Position numbers and translations under genes: made by a program
Shown: in pieces, positions 37,094-46,489 of the stretch
How positions within the stretch are numbered: position 1 is the first letter of the stretch
Layout of the letters: every line of letters starts with the position of its first letter
Sequence record: NC_061445.1
Direction: 5' to 3' (one strand)
Length of the DNA stretch: 64,000 bases
The notes under the pieces: generated by a model
Databases searched by the model: none
Told to the model about the DNA's origin: nothing
What the model saw: the letters and a program-made list of their open reading frames with translations, nothing else

Positions 37094-38740
37094 ATGTCAT
37101 TCGATATGCGCAAAAACGTACTCATGGTTCGCTCTATGTCTCACGGCCAACCGTTCTATAACTTCTACAATGCAGTGGGCATCGAGTTTACGCTTGCCGG
37201 TTACCAGCTTAAAGAGATTTATGATTGCCATTACCAAGGTAAGCTGAGTGGCATTCGCACGTATTGGGGCTTCTCAAACAAAGCCACCAGTGAGACTTTC
37301 GAGTTCTCATCGCGCGGCGATCTGATGTGGAACGTGTCGCTGAACAATACTTGCCACACTCTGCTTCCGTTTGAAATGATTATCGGGCATGAGGGTTTCA
37401 ACGTTGTTAATGGCTTCATGATTGAAGACCATGTACGCAAGCTGATCCGAATCCACCAGAGAGCTGTTGGTCGCACTCTCGAAAGTTATGTGTGGTTCGA
37501 AAAAATGACTGAACCTCAGATGCGTGAGATGCTGGCTGCTCTTGGCCTGGGCCCGCTGCGCATTGAACGTGCAGACCGTGCTGAACTGATCAAGATTCAT
37601 ACCGAATGGCTGCGTAAGCATGACGACGAGTTTAAGTATACGCACGATGCTATTGGTCTCGATCACGACCAGAAGATACCTGCTGACTTCTACGATGACC
37701 ACGGTCGCCGTATCTCTCGTCGTATGCTGGCTGCACACAAAACAGTTGAGATGATGGCCACCGAGCTGTCCAATCTCATTCGCATTTTCGACCTGAACCC
37801 TAACTTCAATCACAAAGATCCGATGTGGGAGTTCGGGCTTGCTACAATCGCCGAGCGTTTCATCTATGCAGAAGACGCGAAAGAAGCGCTTGCTGCTATT
37901 CTCGAAAACAGCCAGTTCGTTGTTAACGGTGTGTATGCGTTAGCGCGTGATTACGATTGGCGTCAAGTCAACGAAGAAACAGAGGAATACCGCCAATCGT
38001 TGATTCGTCGTCTGCTGCAAGAACTGCGCAATGAAATCGAAGCCGAAGATTCGATGTTTGTTGTCGAAGACGGGATTGTGATGATCAAAGCTGTCGCTGT
38101 CACTGCGCACAACGAACAACTGTTGGCCGAACCTGACCTCGAAGAAGATGAAGAAGAGGACGAAGAAGAGGTTGATGAGGTAGAAGATACGTCCGAAGAA
38201 CAACGCGCCGTGTTGAAAGCACTCACTGCTCTGCCTGACGATTCTCTGCGTAAGCTGTGTACTAATCATAAGCTCGCGCCTAAGCATCGTATTAGAAAGC
38301 TGACTCGCACTGAGATGATTGAACTGTGCTGCGATTCATTCGGTACTGAACTGCCTGACGATATGGATGACGTAGACCCAGAAGCTGAGGCGGAAGTTGA
38401 GGCAAAAGCTGAATCAGGCAAACGTCCACGCAAGTACCCAGCTTTGGTTGATGACGTTAATATCAGCTACGACACTATTCGCTCTATTCTCATTCGTGCT
38501 AAAATCCCAGGCACTGATCATAAAGGCGAACTGCATCGTGGTACGAAAGAGGCCCGAGCTATCGCTCGCAAGAAAATACTCAATAGCCTGAAAACTGCTG
38601 TTGATACAGGCTTGCTTGAGACACTGGCTGCCTTTACGCTCGAAGCACTCGCCTGTGCTCTGACTAAAATGAAAGACGGTGATCGCTATCCTCGTGACTC
38701 TGCGTACCTGAAAGAACTAATTAAACACGCAACTCGTTAA
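37094..38740 (+). CDS. Multidomain protein with an acidic tract and a HeH module
   Basis: EEDEEEDEEEVDE followed by LPDDSLRKLCTNHKLAPKHRIRKLTRTEMIELC. Confidence 0.8.
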   Translation: MSFDMRKNVLMVRSMSHGQPFYNFYNAVGIEFTLAGYQLKEIYDCHYQGKLSGIRTYWGFSNKATSETFEFSSRGDLMWNVSLNNTCHTLLPFEMIIGHEGFNVVNGFMIEDHVRKLIRIHQRAVGRTLESYVWFEKMTEPQMREMLAALGLGPLRIERADRAELIKIHTEWLRKHDDEFKYTHDAIGLDHDQKIPADFYDDHGRRISRRMLAAHKTVEMMATELSNLIRIFDLNPNFNHKDPMWEFGLATIAERFIYAEDAKEALAAILENSQFVVNGVYALARDYDWRQVNEETEEYRQSLIRRLLQELRNEIEAEDSMFVVEDGIVMIKAVAVTAHNEQLLAEPDLEEDEEEDEEEVDEVEDTSEEQRAVLKALTALPDDSLRKLCTNHKLAPKHRIRKLTRTEMIELCCDSFGTELPDDMDDVDPEAEAEVEAKAESGKRPRKYPALVDDVNISYDTIRSILIRAKIPGTDHKGELHRGTKEARAIARKKILNSLKTAVDTGLLETLAAFTLEALACALTKMKDGDRYPRDSAYLKELIKHATR

Positions 38741-38775
38741 TCGTCTAACCATACCTAACATTGTAGGGAATCAAA

Positions 38776-39228
38776 ATGAAAGAGAAAAATATTCTGGTAC
38801 TGAATCGTGTTCGCCTCGTTATGGAAGATATGCTCGTTGAGCAATTCGCTGACTTGGCCCGTGAAGACCAAGAACGTGCAGGCGACCTGAGCGTTATCAT
38901 GCTGTCTAAGATTCAGCAGGGTGTTAACGCTATGCTGGCGAACGGTAACCCAGAAGCATGTTGTCGTGCTGATGTTGCGTGGACAGAATGCTCGTTCTTA
39001 TCGACGACTGGTCTGTTCGTGATTGCATCGTCTGCCGATGCTGAGGTGCTCAATCACTTTGAAGACTCGGACTATCTATGCCACATACGGGCTATCGAGC
39101 ACTTCGCAAAAGAAGCTGGCTTCAAGTTCACTGTTGAGCCTATTCGTGTAGCGTTTCCATTCGAGAGCACGATCATCCCAGAAGCTCTGCGCTACGTGCC
39201 ACCTACAGATAACTTGACTAAGCGCTAA
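38776..39228 (+). CDS. Hypothetical protein
   Basis: SD, ORF. Confidence 0.75.
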   Translation: MKEKNILVLNRVRLVMEDMLVEQFADLAREDQERAGDLSVIMLSKIQQGVNAMLANGNPEACCRADVAWTECSFLSTTGLFVIASSADAEVLNHFEDSDYLCHIRAIEHFAKEAGFKFTVEPIRVAFPFESTIIPEALRYVPPTDNLTKR

Positions 39229-39232
39229 AACA

Positions 39233-39285
39233 GCAAAAATCTGGACAAAATGAGGGTAGTATGCGAAACTGCCCTATGCTATAAT
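39233..39285 (+). promoter_or_regulatory. Boxed extended -10 promoter
   Basis: TGGACA 39242-47, 32 nt, TG-c-TATAAT 39280-85. Confidence 0.78.
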
Positions 39286-39336
39286 AGAAGCGTAGCATGT
39301 GCTACGCTTTCTAACGTATGTCTGAGGAGACAAATC

Positions 39337-39798
39337 ATGCAAGAGCATAAAGCAACCCCGGCCGATATCGAACTGCAAGATCGTATGATGGAAGCGGGTG
39401 TCCAGCGCATCATCGAATTGAAACCTGAGTGGATCGACGTTTGTACTGCGGGCCTTCGTTTGTACCTGACCGTGTGCGATCAAATCGGCGGTCCGATTCC
39501 TGAACTGCGTTTCGTCCATAACAGCAAACCTTGTCGCATTCAATTCAACTTGAACGAATCGGCAGAAGGTACCGAGTTCACTGCGAACGATATCGATCAC
39601 GAAAAGCAAATGGCAATATGTGATGCCATTCTTGATGTGGCCGACGCGAACGAAGATGGCCACTCGCTGTTAGACCTTGCCATTTGTTCTGGTCGCCTGT
39701 TCATGATTGGTTATGACGGGCTTGCGGGTACGGTTGAGAAAGTTTGCTTCCGTTTCGCCAAGAAGAACTACACAATGAATCTGGTCAAAGGTGAATAA
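39337..39798 (+). CDS. Hypothetical protein
   Basis: SD hairpin TGTCT-GAGG-AGACA. Confidence 0.8.
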   Translation: MQEHKATPADIELQDRMMEAGVQRIIELKPEWIDVCTAGLRLYLTVCDQIGGPIPELRFVHNSKPCRIQFNLNESAEGTEFTANDIDHEKQMAICDAILDVADANEDGHSLLDLAICSGRLFMIGYDGLAGTVEKVCFRFAKKNYTMNLVKGE

Positions 39799-39799
39799 C

Positions 39800-40489
39800 A
39801 TGAAACTCTCGCCAACTATGTTGAAACGCAGCAAGCTAAACCCTGATGTGTTTGCGCTTGTTCGTGAAGGTGAAGTGCTGTCCTCATTCAAACCGAGCAA
39901 GCTCTTTGCGGCGCTCAATGCCGTTGTTAAAGACAGCGGGCTGAAAGAAGTCGATATCGTGTGGCGTGACGGTACGCGCACTGTAGAACATCTCATTGTT
40001 CACCACACGCGCAAGCTAGTATCGACTGACACAATCATGAACTACTACAACGTGTGCCTGATGCTTCGCGCTCAAGGCGCTGCTGCTAGTCTGTCTACGC
40101 CTGTAGACATTCGTACTATGTTTGATTCGAACGGGCCTCTGATTAGCGAGATTCACATTGACCCTGAAATCGTCGATAAGCTGGTGGAAGCACTTACACC
40201 CAAGCACCCTATGTTTGCAGACGCGCACGGCATCGAAGAAGATGATGATATGTTCGATGATGACGACGATTATGACCCTGATGATGACTTCGACGATGAG
40301 GATTATCTCTCCGAAGATATCTCACCAGAAGAAGATCGTCTGAGCATTAGCGCTTGGGGATATCGCGCCGAAGACTGGACGACTACTTTGACGGACGACG
40401 ATATTCAGGAAGTGCATAGCCTCGAAGTGGGTATTGACCCTGACATTGAATTGCCACTCGCACCTGACGCGAAGGACAAATACTTCTAA
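39800..40489 (+). CDS. Hypothetical protein with an Asp-rich tract
   Basis: EEDDDMFDDDDDYDPDDDFDDED. Confidence 0.75.
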   Translation: MKLSPTMLKRSKLNPDVFALVREGEVLSSFKPSKLFAALNAVVKDSGLKEVDIVWRDGTRTVEHLIVHHTRKLVSTDTIMNYYNVCLMLRAQGAAASLSTPVDIRTMFDSNGPLISEIHIDPEIVDKLVEALTPKHPMFADAHGIEEDDDMFDDDDDYDPDDDFDDEDYLSEDISPEEDRLSISAWGYRAEDWTTTLTDDDIQEVHSLEVGIDPDIELPLAPDAKDKYF

Positions 40490-40680
40490 TGAAAAGCACT
40501 AACGAACTGGTCAAAGAATTGAAGCAGCGCGGCGAGCTTATTATTGACGAGCGAAACAAAGACATGCTGCCTGATTTGACATTCACGCTTGATTGCATGT
40601 GTATCACCTACAAGAAGCGGGAAGTAGAAACAACTAAGCGCGGCCGCGTTGTCAGAATCAAACTGACCAGTATTCACTGA
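40489..40680 (+). CDS. Hypothetical protein
   Basis: TAATG coupling. Confidence 0.6.
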   Translation: MKSTNELVKELKQRGELIIDERNKDMLPDLTFTLDCMCITYKKREVETTKRGRVVRIKLTSIH

Positions 40681-40819
40681 TGTTCTCTTTGGCCCGACTG
40701 CCCAGCGATGCTCATCCCCCAGAAGAGGTGCCTCGCGCAGAGGCATGGCAGTTCGGGTCCTTTTTGAAGCGCACTTGCGAGTACGCTGCATAAAGTAAAA
40801 ACAAACAGGAGGCTGTTGA

Positions 40820-41281
40820 ATGAAATTCACCGAAGTAAGTAAAGATGCACAGGTCATTCTCATGGGTTCCGCACTTGCGGGAGTTATCGAAGTGTTTGGC
40901 CGCGATGCCGATGACGGCGGGCGCAAGCTGCTGATTACTGCATTGAATCAGATTGGCCTGACGCCTGACGAGTTCAAGGCTCTGATCAACAACATGACAA
41001 TTTCAGTCAGGGCAGAAGTTGGTGCAGTGCGTGTGCTCGAAGCAGATCCGGACGATGACTTCGAAGAAGACGCCGAAGACTTCGGTGCCTGTGCTGAGTG
41101 CGATCGTCCAGTAGAAGATTGCGTGTGTGACGATGAAGACGACGACCTCGATACGTCAGAGCAACGTCCAGGCAATCTGAACGATGACGGTCGGACAGAC
41201 GAAAATGGCTGGCAGAATCTCGATGAAGATGCCGTCTGCCGTGTATGCCACCAACAAGTGTGTGAGTGCCGAGGCTACTGA
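40820..41281 (+). CDS. Acidic protein with two small Cys clusters
   Basis: CAECDRPVEDCVC and CRVCHQQVCEC; SD hairpin AACAG-GAGG-CTGTT. Confidence 0.75.
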   Translation: MKFTEVSKDAQVILMGSALAGVIEVFGRDADDGGRKLLITALNQIGLTPDEFKALINNMTISVRAEVGAVRVLEADPDDDFEEDAEDFGACAECDRPVEDCVCDDEDDDLDTSEQRPGNLNDDGRTDENGWQNLDEDAVCRVCHQQVCECRGY

Positions 41282-41493
41282 TGAGCAGACCGACACAAGA
41301 CGAAATCAATGGTCAGATAGCTGCCTCCGAAGAGCAACGCTATAACGAGCAGATCGCTCAATACGATGACTGGACAGACGACGAGCTGGCTGATGCTGTA
41401 GAAGCAAACGAGCTTGTGGGTGAAGACGAAGACGCAAGCGACTACAGCCGCGAAGCGCTGATTCGAATGCTGCTGGCGGATCGACGATTCTAA
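41281..41493 (+). CDS. Small acidic HeH-module protein
   Basis: WTDDELADAVEANELVGEDEDASDYSREALIRMLL. Confidence 0.7.
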   Translation: MSRPTQDEINGQIAASEEQRYNEQIAQYDDWTDDELADAVEANELVGEDEDASDYSREALIRMLLADRRF

Positions 41494-41546
41494 GCAAAAA
41501 TCTGGACAAAATGAGGGTTGTCTCAAAACAGCGCCCCTGATACAAT
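41494..41546 (+). promoter_or_regulatory. Boxed extended -10 promoter
   Basis: TGGACA 41503-08, 32 nt, TG-a-TACAAT 41541-46. Confidence 0.78.
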
Positions 41547-41747
41547 ATAAAGACAGCGAGACATGTTCTCTCTGTTATGTGCCTATAACGTTTTGACCGT
41601 GTGTTTATCTTTTCCCGGGCACACGGTCCTTTTTAAAGTCGCTTCGATGAGGCTGCTTTAAAAAGGGTTCAATACCCTTTGAGCGCACCGGGCTTTACGC
41701 GGTTTCCGCCTTGTGTGCTCTCATGCTAAACCGCAAAGGAAATAGAT

Positions 41748-42560
41748 ATGCCAAACTTACGTGCTAAACCAGAAGACAAATTCTCTAAAGCTCGTTCTGC
41801 GAAGAACTCACCTGAACGTCAGGCTGCTGCTGAGAAGAAACGCACAACCCCACGCGGTCCGTCTTCTGCTAAACCTCGTCAGTTGCCGCCGGGCTATGGC
41901 TATAAGTCAAAAGCTACAGGCGAACGTGCGCCAGAGCGTGACGATAAAGAGTCCCAGAAACCTGATTTGAGTAAGAAAGACTGGGTTGCTCGTCGTGACG
42001 CAACGCCGAAGATGCGTGATGAAGAACGTGTATTCAATCTCGTTCACGCAATTCTGGCTGCATGGAAAGCGGATATCGGACACGCCGAACATACGGCAGC
42101 ATCTTCTGGTATCATCAAAGTGTCTCGTCGTAAAGTTGAAGGCGCATTGCGCGATCTCAAGAATACGCGCTTCACTAAAATCCCAACGCTCATCAATGAA
42201 ATTCTCACACACTCTGATGTGTGTGAGGAATTCGGGATGTGGGTGTACGTCGAGCACGACACGCCGGATTGGATCTTCGTGCGTCTGCCTGAAGACAGCA
42301 CGCCTGTGCTTCGCGCTGATATCGTCTACGACCGCACAGGTCAAACTGCTACGACGATCACGACTTCGAGTGAACCGCTGCTTGAAGTCTTAGGGGAAGA
42401 CGACGAGCCAGAAATGCTCGAATGCAATGAGCGCGATATTGAAGACCTTGAAACTAAGGCAATGCGCAAAGAGCTGATCGACAAGGGCATCATCAAGCCA
42501 GAAGCTGCTGATAAGCTGAGTCGACCGGATCTGATGAAGCTGTTAGCGTACTACGCATAA
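41748..42560 (+). CDS. Protein with a basic disordered N-terminus and a C-terminal HeH module
   Basis: LETKAMRKELIDKGIIKPEAADKLSRPDLMKLL. Confidence 0.8.
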   Translation: MPNLRAKPEDKFSKARSAKNSPERQAAAEKKRTTPRGPSSAKPRQLPPGYGYKSKATGERAPERDDKESQKPDLSKKDWVARRDATPKMRDEERVFNLVHAILAAWKADIGHAEHTAASSGIIKVSRRKVEGALRDLKNTRFTKIPTLINEILTHSDVCEEFGMWVYVEHDTPDWIFVRLPEDSTPVLRADIVYDRTGQTATTITTSSEPLLEVLGEDDEPEMLECNERDIEDLETKAMRKELIDKGIIKPEAADKLSRPDLMKLLAYYA

Positions 42561-42612
42561 GCAATAACGAGCAGGGCGCTGAAATATAGCTGCCCTGCTA
42601 TCTGCGAAGTAT

Positions 42613-42666
42613 GCAGAAAACTGGACAAAATCGTGGTTGTTATCTGACAGCCACCTATGCTACAAT
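42613..42666 (+). promoter_or_regulatory. Boxed extended -10 promoter
   Basis: TGGACA 42622-27, 33 nt, TG-c-TACAAT 42661-66. Confidence 0.75.
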
Positions 42667-42726
42667 ATATGCAGACGCAGTGAGCGTCGAAATCAAACTA
42701 AACAACAATACTGAGGAGTATTTATC

Positions 42727-44331
42727 ATGGCACGTATCGAAACTAACTCTAACCTGGTTGGCAAAACTATCATCCTGCTGAACGGCACCAAATCTAAAAT
42801 CGAAGATGCTATCGCGTCCGGTTACAAGGTGAAAGGTCAGAGCAAACGTATCGCAACCCGCTGCGTTATCAAAGAGGGTTCTCACTTCCGTGAGATCGAG
42901 CGCATGAATCTGAGCCAGCTTGAAGATACCGGCGAAGGTTACGTCAAGCTGAAAGAAGCGAAAGCGTCCGGCAAGAAAACTGCCGGTAAGAAAGAAGCTG
43001 CAACGCCGAAAGCGTCCGGCAAGAAAACTTCTGGTAAGAAAGATGCGAAGCCGTCGAAAGACAAAGAACCTAAAGTTCGTCGCAAATCTTCCGAAGAGCA
43101 GTCCGAAGATTATCAGAATCTGGCACACGCTATCATCAAAGGCGGCAAAGCTAAACCTGCAGTTGAAATCGAAACTGTTGACGAAGCGCTGACCGATACT
43201 GTGGCAAAACGTATCGCCGATATCGTGCTTAACACTGACGTTGCGAAAGTGTGCGCTGATAACAAAACGCCGATCGCAAACGCTCTGGATGTTACTTACG
43301 GTGCCGAGTATGCTGCTGATGGTAACGTCATGCAGATCACTTTGAACCTGCAATACGCGAAGCCTGTCAAAGTGCTTGCTCGCCCTACGCTCGAAAATGC
43401 AGAAGCTATCGCAATGCGAGCGCAGAAAATGATCGCGCCTAAGCTGTCTAAGAAGCTGGCGAAAGCGATTCGTGAAGCGTTCAATATCGAAGACGCAGAC
43501 GAGCTGGAAGCAGGTACTATGCTGCTGAAAGACGGCGAAGAGTTTGTCTTCTACGGCGAATCTGCGAAGCACCTCGGCAAAGCGCTGCTGTATGTCGTAG
43601 CTACCGACAAGTTCAAATCTGTCCTTGGCTCTACGCTGGGTGAGTACGAAATCCCAGACGCAGAAGAAGAAAACGACGACGAGGAAGAAGTCGAAGAAGA
43701 GGAAGAAGAGGTCGAAGAGGTCGAAGAGGAAGAAGAAGAAGACGGCGAAGAAGACGGCGAAGAAGAAGAAGACGGCGAAGAAGAAGATGCCGCCGAGTAC
43801 GAATACGTCAAAGTCACTAAAGACCATATCAGCATGGTTAACAAGAAAGTGACCGCGAAGTATCACGCCGCGCTGGCTGAACGCTTCAACACTACCGAAG
43901 AAGTTCTCGTCCCTGGCCTCGTATTGACTGACGGCGACACAACGTTCGCGTACCTTGGCTGTGATAGCAAAGGCGGCCTGCTCGTTATCGACGTAGAAGC
44001 TGAGGCAGATGATGAAGATGTTCTGCTGTATAGCAAAGCGGATATCAAAACGCTGAACGACTTCAACCCTGTGATCGATAGCGGCCTCGTTTCTGACGAC
44101 GAAGAAGAAGACGGTGAAGAAGATACCGAAGACTTCGAAGACGGTAACGACGATGAAGAAGAAGACGGCGAAGACGAAGAAGAGAGCTTCGAATTTGACG
44201 ACGAAGAATCTGTTTACCTCGAAGATCTGTCTGACGACGAACTGCGTGAACGTGCCGTTGAGCTGGGTCTGACTACACCGCGCAAATCTGAAAACATGAC
44301 CGGCGCACAACTGCGCAAGCTGCTGAAATAA
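42727..44331 (+). CDS. Basic/poly-acidic protein with a C-terminal HeH module
   Basis: K-rich patch, two long D/E tracts, LSDDELRERAVELGLTTPRKSENMTGAQLRKLLK; SD hairpin AATACT-GAGG-AGTATT. Confidence 0.85.
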   Translation: MARIETNSNLVGKTIILLNGTKSKIEDAIASGYKVKGQSKRIATRCVIKEGSHFREIERMNLSQLEDTGEGYVKLKEAKASGKKTAGKKEAATPKASGKKTSGKKDAKPSKDKEPKVRRKSSEEQSEDYQNLAHAIIKGGKAKPAVEIETVDEALTDTVAKRIADIVLNTDVAKVCADNKTPIANALDVTYGAEYAADGNVMQITLNLQYAKPVKVLARPTLENAEAIAMRAQKMIAPKLSKKLAKAIREAFNIEDADELEAGTMLLKDGEEFVFYGESAKHLGKALLYVVATDKFKSVLGSTLGEYEIPDAEEENDDEEEVEEEEEEVEEVEEEEEEDGEEDGEEEEDGEEEDAAEYEYVKVTKDHISMVNKKVTAKYHAALAERFNTTEEVLVPGLVLTDGDTTFAYLGCDSKGGLLVIDVEAEADDEDVLLYSKADIKTLNDFNPVIDSGLVSDDEEEDGEEDTEDFEDGNDDEEEDGEDEEESFEFDDEESVYLEDLSDDELRERAVELGLTTPRKSENMTGAQLRKLLK

Positions 44332-44412
44332 TCTCGCTGTAAACTGAACGACTGTGCGGTTCAAATCGAGCCGCACATTTATTGACAACTAAGCTGATTG
44401 AGGAATCACACT

Positions 44413-45651
44413 ATGTCAAACGCAAACAAAAATCTGCTGAATGCCCGTGTTCGTCGTCTGGACGGTACTACCACTTACATCAACAAAGTGAACGCTAACG
44501 GTTATAGCACCGACGCGAAGGGCCCTCAAATCCCTGTGAAACGCATCGTGCTCGCGGGCAAAACGCTGAAAGAGATTGAAGCGCCCTACGCGAAAACTGA
44601 GCACGTTCTGATTGACGGCATCACTGTGAAGCTGAACAAGCGCCAGCAAAAAGATCTGCGCAACGATGAAATCGACGTTGACACGATCAAGCCTGATTTT
44701 AGTTCTCTGGTGTACATCGACCCGGAAACAGGCAAGCCTGCTGTAGCGAAAGCTACGAAGCCGAAAGGCGGTGTGAAAGCGACACGCGAGCGCAACAAAG
44801 ACACGCGCTCTAAGAAAGAGCGTAAAGCAGAAGCAGACGCGTCGAGTGCTGACCTCGATATGATCCCACGCTCTGATGCGATTGACTGCAAAGCAGAGCT
44901 GGTGCAAATGATCGACGCGACAATCGCCGACGCAACGACGAAAGATCGTCGCAAGATGTTGAGCGAAGCGTTTGACATGGACTGGAAAGATGTTAAGCAT
45001 CATGGTGGCAAGGGTGTTGTCAAGCACATGGGACGCAAGGCAGCACAACGCGCCTGTGATAAGCTGCGCGTAGCAACTACCAGCGATGCGTATATTAAGC
45101 AGATGCCCATCGAGCTTAAACGTCTTATTCAAGACGGTAAGCTGACGCTCAACAAGAAACAGATTGAGCGTGTGTTAGACGTGTTTGGGCTTGATATGCA
45201 GTTCTATGCAACTGCGATGCAGACGCTGCTGGGTAATCTCAAGCTGTCGCTCGATAAATCTATCGAGAACCCGAAAGTGAAAGAGAAGAAAGCGAAACAC
45301 AAACTCGCTGTGCCGACCTACGCGTCTGAGAAAGAACAGACCAAGCGTGTGCGCAAGATGACTGTAAAACTCATCAAGCCGCCTAAGTCTGCAATGGCAG
45401 AGGCGAAAGCGCACATCAAAGAGTCGAAAGCGACTATCGCCAAGAAGCTGGGAATCAAGCCTGCTGACGTGAAGCGTGGTCTGCTGTGTTATAAACCGAA
45501 CGGCGTTGAGCTGATGTTCGTAGCTTGCGACATGACCGGCCCTGTCTTCGTTGAGAAAGACGGTAGCGAGTGCGTAATGTCACACGCGAACGTGAAGCAC
45601 ACTTTCAACCTGACGCTGGGCACTAACTCTGAACTGGACGCGGCTGTATGA
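44413..45651 (+). CDS. Lys-rich hypothetical protein
   Basis: SD hairpin TGATT-GAGG-AATCA. Confidence 0.8.
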   Translation: MSNANKNLLNARVRRLDGTTTYINKVNANGYSTDAKGPQIPVKRIVLAGKTLKEIEAPYAKTEHVLIDGITVKLNKRQQKDLRNDEIDVDTIKPDFSSLVYIDPETGKPAVAKATKPKGGVKATRERNKDTRSKKERKAEADASSADLDMIPRSDAIDCKAELVQMIDATIADATTKDRRKMLSEAFDMDWKDVKHHGGKGVVKHMGRKAAQRACDKLRVATTSDAYIKQMPIELKRLIQDGKLTLNKKQIERVLDVFGLDMQFYATAMQTLLGNLKLSLDKSIENPKVKEKKAKHKLAVPTYASEKEQTKRVRKMTVKLIKPPKSAMAEAKAHIKESKATIAKKLGIKPADVKRGLLCYKPNGVELMFVACDMTGPVFVEKDGSECVMSHANVKHTFNLTLGTNSELDAAV

Positions 45652-46031
45652 CGAACAACGAGATTATCCTGACAGGTGTATTTGCTCAATTGTACTCGCG
45701 GCTGACTACAGCCGCTGTACTTGAAACGTATGTGTACTATTCTGATTTGGCCCCTGTAGTGTTTGGTGTGCAACTGTCCACCGTGAGCAATTCGCAGTAC
45801 AACGCCTTGTGGGAACTCGTTGCGAAAACAATGCGCGTCGATATCGCAGCGGGCAGACCACCGCTTGCTGCGTTGTACGTGTCTCGCGCAACTGACGAGA
45901 AGACACCGAGCAAAAAGTTCTTCAAAGAATACTACAAACTCACGGGCGTACATCTGTCTGAGACAGACTGGCGAGCACTCGTTGAACATGTGTGGAAATC
46001 TTATGCACCAGATCTTCGGGAGCCATCATGA
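45648..46031 (+). CDS. Small winged-helix-like protein
   Basis: VYYSDLA...GRPPLAALYVSR...TPSKKFF recalls the TYGELA..P.LSALVV..PG.GFF wHTH family. Confidence 0.5.
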   Translation: MTNNEIILTGVFAQLYSRLTTAAVLETYVYYSDLAPVVFGVQLSTVSNSQYNALWELVAKTMRVDIAAGRPPLAALYVSRATDEKTPSKKFFKEYYKLTGVHLSETDWRALVEHVWKSYAPDLREPS

Positions 46032-46489
46032 AAAAGGCCAAAGTTGTAATTAGTCGCGGTGGCTATAGACCGTCATCGCAAGAAGAATCTCAAAAGCTGG
46101 TCGCTGAGTTTCTTCTCGGTAATATCGGAATCAACCCTACTGTTATCAGCCAGCAGATGTTGCTCAACATTGCGAACTATAACTACCTGACGTCTATCGT
46201 AGACACGGGTAAAGCTACGCAAGCGAACCAGAGCACATTGCATAAAACTGTAAAAGAACTTAATGCGTTCTGTAGATCGCACAAAATTCCTCTGGGTTTG
46301 CTAATTATGCCCCATACTTCGACCAGCGATTATGCCGGTGATGAGGTGGTAGCGATTCCTTGGGAGCATGTGCGCTCGAACACATTGAGCCAGTCGGCCA
46401 TCGAATCTCTGTTTGAAACAGTTGAAGCTGATGGTTACCCGCAGTTTGTGACTGATGCGAAGACAGTAGAGGGATACAATGTTTTATGA
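46028..46489 (+). CDS. Hypothetical protein
   Basis: ATGA overlap. Confidence 0.7.
   Translation: MKKAKVVISRGGYRPSSQEESQKLVAEFLLGNIGINPTVISQQMLLNIANYNYLTSIVDTGKATQANQSTLHKTVKELNAFCRSHKIPLGLLIMPHTSTSDYAGDEVVAIPWEHVRSNTLSQSAIESLFETVEADGYPQFVTDAKTVEGYNVL

Noticed and set aside
40683-40765. tRNA, hammerhead/HDV ribozyme or fluoride riboswitch
   Set aside because: No cloverleaf, T-loop or CCA, no CUGAUGA/GAAA core, and the GCGATG context does not fit the fluoride consensus.
42958-43030. Short direct repeat AAAGCGTCCGGCAAGAAAACT inside the 42727 gene
   Set aside because: A local in-frame duplication in a low-complexity Lys-rich linker, with no sign of separate function.
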